NCBI GenBank assembly: GCA_044229915.1
Contig: JBGASB010000010.1
Coordinates: 11,567-75,566, forward strand
Reading direction: 5' to 3'
Length of the DNA: 64,000 nucleotides
DNA from: Cyclobacteriaceae bacterium
GTDB taxonomy: Bacteria > Bacteroidota > Bacteroidia > Cytophagales > Cyclobacteriaceae
Shown here piece by piece: positions 9,983 through 19,299 of this stretch. The translations under genes and the position numbers were made by a program. How positions within the stretch are numbered: position 1 is the first letter of the stretch; the number at the start of each line of letters is the position of its first letter. The notes under the pieces were generated by a model. It was not told the DNA's origin. It saw only the letters and a list, made by a program, of their open reading frames with translations, and did not search any database.

Positions 9983-10918
9983 ATGTCTGAATTGACGGGG
10001 ATTTCCCAGCGGCACCCACTAACATCAATCATATTTATTTTACTGACTACAGCTCTTGGCTTTATAGTAATCGGGCCTTTGTTGGGCTTTTTTATTGCTA
10101 TTCCATTCTATAATGGGAGTATTTTTGACTTAACTGAAAAAATTTCAAACCCAACTATTTATCCTGAGATTCGCCTTCCCCTGGTAATTATTCAGGGTAG
10201 CGCCACCTTAATCGGTTTGATTCTTATTCCCCTTCTCTATTTATTTTCGATGGAAAGAACAAGCCCGATGGATTGGATCAAATCAAAAACAACCTCAGTT
10301 TTAATGCTCCTCGTAACCGGATTTATTGTGTTGGCCTTCATGGCCGCCAACTCAGTATTTATTGAATGGAATGCCAGCTTTACCTTTCCGGAATTTCTCA
10401 AAGATTTTGGAAACTGGGCTCGTGAGCGAGAAACTCTTGCCGAAGAACTTACCAGGTTCTTTACCACCTTTGAATCTACAGGTGATTTTTTGTTAGGCGC
10501 CTTTGTTATTGCCTTGCTCCCTGCTATTGGCGAAGAACTTGTGTTTCGCGGTATGCTGCAGCCTGAACTTTTTCGAGCTACCGGAAACCAACATGCGGCC
10601 ATTTGGATTTCGGCCATCATCTTTAGCGCTTTTCACATGCAGTTCTTTGGCTTCGTACCGCGTATGTTTTTAGGCGCCTTGTTCGGATATCTATATGTGT
10701 GGTCAGGAAATTTACTGATGCCCATGTTTGCTCATTTTATAAACAATGGATTTTCTGTTTTAATGATGTATCTCTACCAAAAAGGAACTGTAACAATTGA
10801 TATAGACACCCCCGAAGCAGCTCCATGGCCTGTAGTTATTGGTTTCACAGCTGTATTTGTAGCACTACTTTATTACTTCAAAAAATTCCACCAAGCTCAA
10901 AACCAGCCCCTGGCGTGA
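9983..10918 (+). CDS. CPBP family intramembrane glutamic endopeptidase (CAAX protease-like)
   Basis: EELVFRGMLQ, FSAFH and HFINN motifs in a multi-TM protein. Start placed at the ATG at 9983 (MSELTGISQRHP). The upstream part of ORF 9710..10918 is antisense to dusB. Confidence 0.8.
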   Translation: MSELTGISQRHPLTSIIFILLTTALGFIVIGPLLGFFIAIPFYNGSIFDLTEKISNPTIYPEIRLPLVIIQGSATLIGLILIPLLYLFSMERTSPMDWIKSKTTSVLMLLVTGFIVLAFMAANSVFIEWNASFTFPEFLKDFGNWARERETLAEELTRFFTTFESTGDFLLGAFVIALLPAIGEELVFRGMLQPELFRATGNQHAAIWISAIIFSAFHMQFFGFVPRMFLGALFGYLYVWSGNLLMPMFAHFINNGFSVLMMYLYQKGTVTIDIDTPEAAPWPVVIGFTAVFVALLYYFKKFHQAQNQPLA

Positions 10919-11760
10919 CCGAACTAAATAAACTTAGCAACCTTACACAGCGGCTCATCACGGCAATACTTGGTGCGGCCGCCATTGTGTTTGCCATCAT
11001 GTTCAGTGAGTGGACCTACCTGACTGTCTTTTTTATCATTTGCCTTTTTTCACTCATTGAGTTCTATAAACTCGCAGGTCTGGATGGTATGCTTCCACAA
11101 AAAACATTCGGTACAGTTAGCGGGGTTTTAATTTTCTGCCTCTCATTTTTTATTGAGCGCGGTGATATCTCGTACCGCTACTACTTTATGATTTTTCCCG
11201 TTGTGTCCTGTGTGTACATGATAAAACTTTATAAAAAATTTGAGCGTAAGCCGTTTACAAATATTGCATACACGTTTCTCGGAATTTTTTATATAGCCGT
11301 TCCCTTTGCCTTACTCAACATTGCCACTTTTGAAAATCAGGTGTATGATTACCAGATTATTTTTGGATGCCTCTTCATTTTATGGGCCAGTGATACAGGT
11401 GCCTACTTTGCAGGCACGCTGTTTGGTAAACGAAAATTATTTGAGCGCATCTCTCCAAAAAAATCATGGGAAGGTTTTATCGGTGGTGCAGTACTGGCAT
11501 TTCTTTTCGCCTATGGCCTGCCCTACTTCTTCACGGCCATTGGGCACATACCAACTATTAAATCCTGGCAATGGCTCGTTATTGGGTTGATCATTATTGT
11601 GGGAGGAACCTTTGGCGATCTGGTAGAATCACTCCTAAAGCGAAGCATTGAAATCAAGGACTCCGGCACCAGCCTTCCCGGCCATGGTGGTTTTTTGGAC
11701 CGATTTGATGGATTGTATATTTCAGCGCCCTTTATTGTTGCCTTTTTGGAGATTTTCTGA
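10915..11760 (+). CDS. cdsA: phosphatidate cytidylyltransferase
   Basis: Signature SLLKRSIEIKDSGTSLPGHGGFLDRFDG. The GTG at 10915 gives a 4-nt overlap (GTGA) with the preceding stop. The start is uncertain. Confidence 0.85.
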   Translation: MTELNKLSNLTQRLITAILGAAAIVFAIMFSEWTYLTVFFIICLFSLIEFYKLAGLDGMLPQKTFGTVSGVLIFCLSFFIERGDISYRYYFMIFPVVSCVYMIKLYKKFERKPFTNIAYTFLGIFYIAVPFALLNIATFENQVYDYQIIFGCLFILWASDTGAYFAGTLFGKRKLFERISPKKSWEGFIGGAVLAFLFAYGLPYFFTAIGHIPTIKSWQWLVIGLIIIVGGTFGDLVESLLKRSIEIKDSGTSLPGHGGFLDRFDGLYISAPFIVAFLEIF

Positions 11761-11921
11761 TTTTATTGGGATAGTTCATTTTGCATCTCTCTGATTTACT
11801 TTTGGTTAGCTTTTAACCATCTGGTTTTAAGGACTCTTTGGGGAAGCCTGGTTGTAATAATTAATCCAATTTTCTGATGGACTTTCATGCCTTACAACCG
11901 TATGGGAATAGTGAATTTCTA

Positions 11922-11929
11922 TATCTTTG
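11922..11929 (+). promoter_or_regulatory. candidate Bacteroidota -7 promoter box (TAnnTTTG)
   Basis: TATCTTTG matches the TAnnTTTG consensus, 88 nt upstream of the gdh ATG. This is a single-motif match only. Confidence 0.3.
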
Positions 11930-12016
11930 CAACCGATTTAGGGGCTCAAAAACAACTTTTTAATTGGATTCTAGACCCACGCTCTCCAGACTTAAAATTT
12001 CTACAACTCTTTTTAT

Positions 12017-13291
12017 ATGGCATACATAGAACCTGCTCCGCTTGTTGACAAGGAAAATCCTTTTGAAGCGATGATGTCTCGGTTTCATACCGCTTCGCAA
12101 ATTCTGGGATTAGAAGATGAAGTTTATAATGTGCTAAAATCACCGGCCAAGCAGGTGATCGTTTCACTACCTGTCACCATGGATGACGGGAGTATCAAAG
12201 TGTTTGAGGGTTACCGGGTGATTCACTCAACCATTTTAGGTCCCTCCAAGGGCGGTATCCGGTTCGATCCACATGTAAATATTGATGAAGTAAAAGCGCT
12301 GGCCGCCTGGATGACCTGGAAGTGCGCTGTAGTTGACATCCCGTATGGTGGAGCCAAGGGTGGTGTTGCCTGCAATCCACGTGAAATGTCGGCCGGAGAA
12401 ATCGAGCGACTCATGCGTTCTTATACACAAGCTATGATGGATGTGTTCGGTCCAGATCAGGATATTCCAGCACCCGACATGGGTACAGGTCCACGAGAAA
12501 TGGCGTGGCTGATGGACCAGTTTTCAAGAAACAAAGGAATGACAGTGGCAGCTGTTGTTACCGGAAAACCAATAGTAATGGGTGGTTCTCTTGGAAGAAC
12601 AGAAGCAACAGGTCGTGGGGTAATGGTTTCTGCTTTGGCCGCGATGGAAAAACTGAAAATCAATCCGTACAAGGCAACGTGTGCGGTACAGGGTTTTGGT
12701 AATGTTGGTTCATGGGCCGCACGATTATTATCCGAACGTGGGCTGAAAGTTCAGGCTATCAGTGATATTTCTGGTGCCTATTACAATGAAAACGGAATTG
12801 ATATTGACGCAGCTGTTGCCTATCGTGATAAAAATAAAGGCTCGTTGGAAGGCTATGCTGAAGTACAGAAAATTAATGGTGCCGATTTGTTGACCCTGCC
12901 CGTGGATGTGCTTGTTCCGGCAGCTACCGAAGATGTAATCACCGGATCAAATGCAGGAAAAATTCAAGCTAAGTTGATTGTAGAAGGCGCTAATGGTCCA
13001 ACATCGTCAAAAGCGGATAGCATTATTTACGAAAAGGGCATTAGCGTGGTGCCTGATATTTTAGCAAATGCCGGTGGCGTTACTGTTTCCTATTTCGAGT
13101 GGGTACAAAACCGCCTTGGATACAAGTGGACAGCAGAGCGTGTAAATCGCAGAAGCGACCGGATTATGAAGGATGCTTTTGATAACGTGTACAAAACAGC
13201 CGTTCAATATAAAGTGTCACTGCGGATTGCTGCCTACATGGTAGCCATTGATAAGGTAGCTAAGACTTACAAATTCCGCGGGGGCTATTAA
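12017..13291 (+). CDS. gdh: Glu/Leu/Phe/Val dehydrogenase family, glutamate dehydrogenase-like
   Basis: GPSKGGIRF, IPYGGAKGG and GFGNVGS (Rossmann) motifs. At 424 aa it resembles RocG/GudB-type GDH. Confidence 0.9.
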   Translation: MAYIEPAPLVDKENPFEAMMSRFHTASQILGLEDEVYNVLKSPAKQVIVSLPVTMDDGSIKVFEGYRVIHSTILGPSKGGIRFDPHVNIDEVKALAAWMTWKCAVVDIPYGGAKGGVACNPREMSAGEIERLMRSYTQAMMDVFGPDQDIPAPDMGTGPREMAWLMDQFSRNKGMTVAAVVTGKPIVMGGSLGRTEATGRGVMVSALAAMEKLKINPYKATCAVQGFGNVGSWAARLLSERGLKVQAISDISGAYYNENGIDIDAAVAYRDKNKGSLEGYAEVQKINGADLLTLPVDVLVPAATEDVITGSNAGKIQAKLIVEGANGPTSSKADSIIYEKGISVVPDILANAGGVTVSYFEWVQNRLGYKWTAERVNRRSDRIMKDAFDNVYKTAVQYKVSLRIAAYMVAIDKVAKTYKFRGGY

Positions 13292-13306
13292 TCCATCGCG
13301 AGGCGA

Positions 13307-13352
13307 GGGTTCAGAGTTAGATTTATTTCAACTAACTTTGAACCCTTATTTA
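13307..13352 (+). terminator. intrinsic terminator after gdh
   Basis: GGGTTCAGAGTTAG (13307-13320) pairs with CTAACTTTGAACCC (13332-13345): 14 bp including one G-U pair. TTATTTATT follows. Confidence 0.6.
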
Positions 13353-13369
13353 TTATCTCAAGTTTAAAA

Positions 13370-14026
13370 ATGACTATTCACCGCGAAGGCCGCTCACTTT
13401 TATTTGTATCACTGGTTGTACTATTTGCGATCAATTGGGCGGTTGGATACTTTTTTCCTGATGCAGGGGCTATTCAAAACATTCTTATCGGTGCAAGCAT
13501 CTTCTTCTATCTGATCATTCTTCAGTTCTTTCGCATTCCTATTTTTGAAGTCCACAAAAATGAAAATCAGGTGCTGGCACCTGCCGATGGAAAAGTGGTG
13601 GTGATTGAAGAAACCGAAGAACCTGAATATTTAAAGTCGCGCAGAAAACAGATTTCGATTTTCATGTCGCCCATTAACGTGCACGTGAATCGAATGCCGG
13701 TAACAGGAACTATTTCTTTTTTTAAATATCATCCAGGAAAATACCTGGTAGCGTGGCACCCAAAGTCAAGTACTGAAAATGAACGAACCACCATCGCAAC
13801 TAAAATGAGCAATGGTACCGAGATATTATTTCGTCAGATTGCAGGTGCGCTTGCGCGAAGAATCAAATGGTATGTTAAAGAAGGCCAACCCTTGCAACAA
13901 GGGGATGAGTTTGGATTTATTAAGTTTGGGTCGCGTGTAGATATATTCTTACCCCTTACCGCCAAGGTCTCGGTTAAAGTAGGAGACGTAACCAAAGGTG
14001 GTAAAACCGTTATTGCAGAATTCTAA
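13370..14026 (+). CDS. psd: phosphatidylserine decarboxylase proenzyme (short type)
   Basis: N-terminal TM segments and C-terminal GFIKFGSRVD containing the G-S self-cleavage site. Confidence 0.9.
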   Translation: MTIHREGRSLLFVSLVVLFAINWAVGYFFPDAGAIQNILIGASIFFYLIILQFFRIPIFEVHKNENQVLAPADGKVVVIEETEEPEYLKSRRKQISIFMSPINVHVNRMPVTGTISFFKYHPGKYLVAWHPKSSTENERTTIATKMSNGTEILFRQIAGALARRIKWYVKEGQPLQQGDEFGFIKFGSRVDIFLPLTAKVSVKVGDVTKGGKTVIAEF

Positions 14027-14192
14027 AACTCCTTTTCTGGCTATTTATTAGCCTCTCATCAGATTTTGGCTTGTAAACCTCTGCTTTCAGGTTCATAATT
14101 CTTACCTTTCGAAAATGAAAACATTAGAAGCTGCGCTTTGTTGCTCTTAAGTAGTCTCTCATAAGCATCAGCAAAACTTTTACCGATTATCC

Positions 14193-15317
14193 ATGAGTAT
14201 TAACCTGAATCTAAAATTCTCTAATCACCAAAAGGATTTTTTTGTAACGCTTAATCAACGGGTCAACGCTTATTTTAAAAACAATAAAATTGAACGTACC
14301 GCTAACACTGAAATGGTAATCAAAACCATTTTTATGTTTTCACTTTACCTGGTTCCCTATTTTCTGTTGATCAGTGGAATTACTTCGAATGGGTGGGTAA
14401 TGCTGGGGCTGTGTGCTGTAATGGGTTTAGGTATGGCGGGTATCGGGCTTTCCATCATGCATGATGCCAATCATGGTTCCTATTCTAACAAGCCCTGGGT
14501 GAATAATCTGCTTGGCCTTTCTCTTAATTTGGTGGGCGGTCACGATCTCAATTGGAAGGTTCAACACAATGTACTTCATCATACATATACCAACGTCCAT
14601 GATGTGGATGAAGACATTAGTCCTCGTGGAATAATCCGCATGGGTCCTGAGTCCAAGTGGATACCCTTGCATAAATTTCAACATTACTATGCCTGGTTTT
14701 TCTATGGCTTAATGACCCTGGTATGGGTTACAGTAAAAGATTTTTCCCGGCTCATTAAATATCAACGCGAAGGGCTTGTCAAAAAACAAAGGACATCGGC
14801 CTATAAAGAATGGATCGTTATGGTCGCTACGAAAGTAATTTACTTTACTTACATTTTTGCCATCCCTATGTGGGTCTTACCGGTCTCTTTTGGTCAGGTT
14901 ATCATTGGTTTTCTGGTGATGCACTACATTGCCGGTTTCATTCTGGCTATGATATTCCAACCGGCACATGTTGTAGAAGGAACAGAATACCCAATGCCAG
15001 ATGAACAAGGAAATCTGGAAAATACCTGGGCAATTCACCAACTTCGTACCACGACCAATTTTGGTCACCGCGAAAAATTCTTCTCATGGTATGTAGGGGG
15101 TCTGAATTATCAGGTAGAACATCACCTCTTCCCAAATATTTGTCATGTTCACTATCGCGACATTGCTAAGATTGTAGAGCAGACGGCAAGGGAGTTTGAT
15201 TTACCGTATAAATCGAAAGAAACTTTTTTTGAAGCGGTGGTTGCACATGCGCGCCAGCTAAAAATTCTTGCCCAGAAACCAACCCCTAAAATGACTCGTG
15301 TGGCGGTAGCCGCTTAA
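14193..15317 (+). CDS. membrane fatty-acid desaturase, front-end-like histidine boxes
   Basis: Three His boxes: HDANHGS, HNVLHH and QVEHHLFP (third box starts with Q). Multiple TM helices. No fused cytochrome b5. Confidence 0.85.
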   Translation: MSINLNLKFSNHQKDFFVTLNQRVNAYFKNNKIERTANTEMVIKTIFMFSLYLVPYFLLISGITSNGWVMLGLCAVMGLGMAGIGLSIMHDANHGSYSNKPWVNNLLGLSLNLVGGHDLNWKVQHNVLHHTYTNVHDVDEDISPRGIIRMGPESKWIPLHKFQHYYAWFFYGLMTLVWVTVKDFSRLIKYQREGLVKKQRTSAYKEWIVMVATKVIYFTYIFAIPMWVLPVSFGQVIIGFLVMHYIAGFILAMIFQPAHVVEGTEYPMPDEQGNLENTWAIHQLRTTTNFGHREKFFSWYVGGLNYQVEHHLFPNICHVHYRDIAKIVEQTAREFDLPYKSKETFFEAVVAHARQLKILAQKPTPKMTRVAVAA

Positions 15318-15319
15318 CA

Positions 15320-15985
15320 TTATTGCAAAATTTCGCGAAGCACCGAAAGGGATTTCATTTCACCAAAATTATCTACGTGATTACCGTAGAATCGAAGAAG
15401 GCAGATTAATAACGTTTGTCTCTGATCATAGCTCATTGTGATTGAGCTACTGTAGTCTGATGAAAGCAGATTTTTAAGTAACACTTCATCCTCCACATTA
15501 ATCCAATTTACACCAAGTACTTCCTCGGTTAGGTTGGGTCCAAATCCGAGGTGCTTACTCAGTCCCAGTAAAAAATGTAAATGAAAGTTTTCTGGTTTTT
15601 GAAGGCTGTCCAGAATCATCAACGAATTGGCAATGAACTCATGAATTTCTCCGGCATGACTTTGCTCCTTGACAGATTTATTCAGGACCTCATTAATAAA
15701 CATACCAATAGCTGATTTTCGAACCTCGCTAGAAAGCGATTGATAGGGATGATAACATTTCACCTCTTTAATGCGAAGAATGTTTGCATTCTCCTTGTGA
15801 TAAACAATCAAATCAAGCAGTGTTAGTGGTTGAAAGAGTGCTATCTTATTTTTCTTCGAGCTGCTGCGCACTCCGTTTACGATATAACTCTGTAACCCGA
15901 ACAACTCTGTAAAGATGTTGACGATAATGGAGGTCTCACCATATTTGGTAAATCGAAAAACAACACCTTTGGTTTTATGAAGCAC
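15320..15985 (-). CDS. recO: DNA repair protein RecO
   Basis: N-terminal OB-fold-like KTKGVVFRFTKYGETSIIVNIFTELFGLQSY is typical of Bacteroidota RecO. It lies 1 nt downstream of tdk. Confidence 0.8.
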   Translation of the reverse strand: MLHKTKGVVFRFTKYGETSIIVNIFTELFGLQSYIVNGVRSSSKKNKIALFQPLTLLDLIVYHKENANILRIKEVKCYHPYQSLSSEVRKSAIGMFINEVLNKSVKEQSHAGEIHEFIANSLMILDSLQKPENFHLHFLLGLSKHLGFGPNLTEEVLGVNWINVEDEVLLKNLLSSDYSSSITMSYDQRQTLLICLLRFYGNHVDNFGEMKSLSVLREILQ

Positions 15986-15986
15986 T

Positions 15987-16583
15987 CTATTCTTTGCGTT
16001 TCTTCAAGTTGGCAAAAAAGGCCTGCCGACTCCGGGCCTCATAAGAATCCTTTTCGCCCAACATTACCTGGGCGTCATTGGCAGTAAGTCGAAATGAAAA
16101 TGAAGCCAGTTCACCTGTTTGGGCACAAATAGCATGAACCTTCGTTACATATTCTGCCACAGCCAGCAGGTTGGGCATAGGACCGAAGGGATTACCTTCA
16201 TAGTCCATATCAAGCCCGGCCACAATCACCCGCTTGCCGCTATTGGCCAGCGCATTGCAAACTTCTACAATAGCTTCGTCAAAAAACTGCGCCTCATCAA
16301 TGCCTACAACATCACAATCACCTGCCAGTAAAAGTATATCACTAGCAAAGTTGACAGGGGTAGAGCGTATTTCCCGTTCGCTATGCGAAACAATTTTCTG
16401 ATCGTGATACCGGGTGTCGATGGTCGGCTTAAATATTTCTACTTTCTGTTTGGCAATCAAAGCGCGATTGAGCCTCCGTATTAATTCCTCGGTCTTACCC
16501 GAAAACATGCAGCCACAGATTACTTCAATCCACCCGATTTTGCCGGGTCGGTTGCTCCTGCCTAACTGGGGTTCTATAAACAT
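15987..16583 (-). CDS. tdk: thymidine kinase
   Basis: P-loop GCMFSGKTEELIRR and VVGIDEAQFF. Confidence 0.9.
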   Translation of the reverse strand: MFIEPQLGRSNRPGKIGWIEVICGCMFSGKTEELIRRLNRALIAKQKVEIFKPTIDTRYHDQKIVSHSEREIRSTPVNFASDILLLAGDCDVVGIDEAQFFDEAIVEVCNALANSGKRVIVAGLDMDYEGNPFGPMPNLLAVAEYVTKVHAICAQTGELASFSFRLTANDAQVMLGEKDSYEARSRQAFFANLKKRKE

Positions 16584-16632
16584 ACTGCAAGTTAAGATTT
16601 AGTGATCCTGAAACACACCTGTGTCTTTGGGT

Positions 16633-16956
16633 TTAATCTGAGTAAATCAGGTGGGGTAACTTACACTCATCCGGAACCCGAACTTTACAATACCCAACCA
16701 ACGTTGCCTGGCAAGCCAGGCGCTCATTTCCGGCCAGGTCTCCCTTTTTCTGATAACTCAATTCAGCCTCCGAAAGTACACTCAGTTGATCCGCTCCTTC
16801 CAGCACAATCATTTTGCAGGTAGTACAGCGACCCTTCCCGCCACAGGCATGCATCCAGTCTATATAGTTCAACTGAAGCAACTTCAAAACCGAAGTTCTC
16901 TGCCCAATCCACAAGACTTCTTTTTGAGCCAAATTTTCAATTACTATCTTTACCAT
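16633..16956 (-). CDS. 2Fe-2S ferredoxin-like protein
   Basis: Cys ligand pattern ACGGKGRCTTCK...LACQ. 107 aa. Confidence 0.75.
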   Translation of the reverse strand: MVKIVIENLAQKEVLWIGQRTSVLKLLQLNYIDWMHACGGKGRCTTCKMIVLEGADQLSVLSEAELSYQKKGDLAGNERLACQATLVGYCKVRVPDECKLPHLIYSD

Positions 16957-17011
16957 AACAACCTCGCTGCTGAAATAAGTTGGGTTGACAAGAATACAAA
17001 AATATTAGCTC

Positions 17012-18004
17012 ATGGACGAGAAGATTAGCTTGAAGGCGGTAGACCAATATGCGATTCAGTATGCCAACCTTTTGGCCGACTCATTCTTTTCGAAGAAAGA
17101 AAAAATAACCGGGTCAGAAATACTTTCCTTATGCGAAATCAAACAGGTAAATCTATTTGTAATTAATGAACTACTGGACGCCTGGAAACAGGAAAGTCAA
17201 AAATTAAAAAGCCCCTATTTCGATTATCAAGCCAAACCCGTAGTGGAAATTCTTAATCAATTTCAGAATACCTTAAGCAACCACATTTTAATTGGTAAGC
17301 ATGATTTTCTTCCGATTTTAAAAAAAGGAGTTAGCCAAACTCTCTATCTTATTCTCGCTCCTTACGATTTCTATTCCGATACTCTGGAAGGCAACGGGGG
17401 TGAGATTCTTGATCTTAAAGAATTAAGAAACAAAGTAAAATATATCAAAGTCAACCGAGCCCCCTTGGAAAAACTGGTTGATCATCTGGGCGAGAAGAAG
17501 TCAGAAATTATTTCCGGGAAGGAGGCATTTGCGTTGTTGGATCACATTCTGGAAGAAGTGAATTTTACTCCGGAAGATTTTGAACAATACCTTTCGGTTT
17601 TTAACAAACTTGTACCCATCAATATTGAAAAATTATACGATGCAAAACCACCTCAACCCACTCCTATTCAATCCGCGCCCTTAATAAAGGCAGAATCTCC
17701 GGTTAAATCTCCTCTTGTAAGTCAGGCCGTTGAAAGTAAACCAGCCCCAACCCTGGCCGATAATTTGGCGAAACAGAAAATTACCAGGCTAAAGGAAAGC
17801 CTCACCATCAATCAGAAATTCATGTTCACCAAAATTTTGTTTCACGGTGATTTTGAAATTTTCTCTGAGGCAATTGATAAGCTGGATAGGTTTGATAATC
17901 TAACTCAAGCCATGCGCTTTCTGGACGAAGGGTATCCTGATTGGGATAAGGAAAGCGAGGAGTATGAAGAGTTCCTCGAAATTATTCAAAATCGTTTTAG
18001 CTAG
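17012..18004 (+). CDS. hypothetical protein (two domains joined by a Pro/Ser-rich linker)
   Basis: Long ORF with typical codon usage. The linker is KPPQPTPIQSAPLIKAESPVKSPLVSQAVESKPAP. No family recognised. Confidence 0.6.
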   Translation: MDEKISLKAVDQYAIQYANLLADSFFSKKEKITGSEILSLCEIKQVNLFVINELLDAWKQESQKLKSPYFDYQAKPVVEILNQFQNTLSNHILIGKHDFLPILKKGVSQTLYLILAPYDFYSDTLEGNGGEILDLKELRNKVKYIKVNRAPLEKLVDHLGEKKSEIISGKEAFALLDHILEEVNFTPEDFEQYLSVFNKLVPINIEKLYDAKPPQPTPIQSAPLIKAESPVKSPLVSQAVESKPAPTLADNLAKQKITRLKESLTINQKFMFTKILFHGDFEIFSEAIDKLDRFDNLTQAMRFLDEGYPDWDKESEEYEEFLEIIQNRFS

Positions 18005-18024
18005 TTAACTAGTTGATGTTTCAA

Positions 18025-19299
18025 TCAGATCCTTTGAAGCACCTGGCCGCGGTGGGCATCCAGTTTTAAAAGGATAAAGAGCAGAATAGTGAAGCCCCAT
18101 AAGGATGAGCCTCCATAACTGAAAAAGGGAAGGGGGATTCCAATGACAGGAAATAGGCCAATGGTCATACCGATATTTACGGCAAAGTGGAAAAAGAAAA
18201 TACTGGCCACGCTATATCCGTAGGCTCGGGCAAACCGATTCTTTTGCCGCTCCGCAATAAATACAACCCGCAATAAAAGAATCATAAACAAAGTAATCAC
18301 CACGAGACTACCGAACCAGCCATGTTCCTCTCCAATCGTACAAAAAATAAAGTCCGTACTTTGTTCAGGCACAAAATCAAATTTAGTTTGAGTGCCTTTT
18401 AAAAAACCCTTTCCCACAAACCCACCGCTACCAATAGCAATTTTAGATTGAGTTACATTCCAACCGTACCCCAATGGGTCAGCATCTGGATTTATCAGAG
18501 CTTTAACTCTGTTTTGCTGGTGGGGCTTTAAAACATCAGTAATTACATAATCTACACTTTCAATAACTCCGCTGATCAATAAGGCTCCGATTGTTAGCAA
18601 GGCTATTCTTTTTAACTTTTTCTTCCCCACTACTATCAGAACAATTAATATGATTGCAATTGCCCCATGGAGATAAAGCTGGTTGGGGACCAGCAGAGTA
18701 AGGATGAATATAGTAGCTGCACAAATTCCAACAATCAAAAGAAAGGGTGACATACCTTCCCTATAAAAAACCAAAACAAACGAGGTGAATACAAGTGTAG
18801 TTCCCGTATCCTTCTGCAGCAAGATCAAAAGCATGGGCAATACAATCAATCCAAACAACATTAGCTGGTTGCGGAGATTATCCATTTTAAAACCTACCGA
18901 GCCAATAAATTTAGCAACCGCTAAGGCTGTTATAAACTTTGCAAACTCTGATGGTTGAACCCCAAACGACCCTACTCCAATCCATGCCTTATTACCTCCT
19001 ACTTCCTTGCCAATGATAGGAACCAGGAAAAGAACAAATAAAATAATTCCATAAAACAGGTAAGCAAATGTCTCATAGAAACGCATGTCTATGATAATAA
19101 TGGCTAAGATAATAATGAATGAGGCCGCGATAAAAATCAACTGCCGGCCAGAATTCAACGAAAGATCCCAAATCGTCTGTTTTGCAGTTTCGTCATATAC
19201 TGCTGCAAAAATGTTAAACCATCCAAGTGCTACAAGAACAATATACAGTAACACGGTTACCCAATCTAACTTGCCCGATATGTCAAGTTCATTTCTCAT
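18025..19299 (-). CDS. rodA: rod shape-determining protein RodA (SEDS family)
   Basis: Multi-TM FtsW/RodA/SpoVE-like protein (PSEFAKF, TDFIF, GLFPVIGIPLPFFSYGGSS). 4-nt overlap with mrdA. Confidence 0.9.
   Translation of the reverse strand: MRNELDISGKLDWVTVLLYIVLVALGWFNIFAAVYDETAKQTIWDLSLNSGRQLIFIAASFIIILAIIIIDMRFYETFAYLFYGIILFVLFLVPIIGKEVGGNKAWIGVGSFGVQPSEFAKFITALAVAKFIGSVGFKMDNLRNQLMLFGLIVLPMLLILLQKDTGTTLVFTSFVLVFYREGMSPFLLIVGICAATIFILTLLVPNQLYLHGAIAIILIVLIVVGKKKLKRIALLTIGALLISGVIESVDYVITDVLKPHQQNRVKALINPDADPLGYGWNVTQSKIAIGSGGFVGKGFLKGTQTKFDFVPEQSTDFIFCTIGEEHGWFGSLVVITLFMILLLRVVFIAERQKNRFARAYGYSVASIFFFHFAVNIGMTIGLFPVIGIPLPFFSYGGSSLWGFTILLFILLKLDAHRGQVLQRI

Noticed and set aside
12017-13291. 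gdh inserted between cdsA and psd, considered as a horizontally acquired insertion
   Set aside because: Composition looks like a normal, rather GC-rich, highly expressed core gene. It has its own promoter box and terminator. I cannot verify from the window alone that cdsA-psd adjacency is ancestral.
18001-18012. 12-bp palindrome CTAGTTAACTAG between the hypothetical gene and rodA
   Set aside because: It is short and is formed largely by the stop codon and an AT-rich spacer. There is no supporting structure or repetition.
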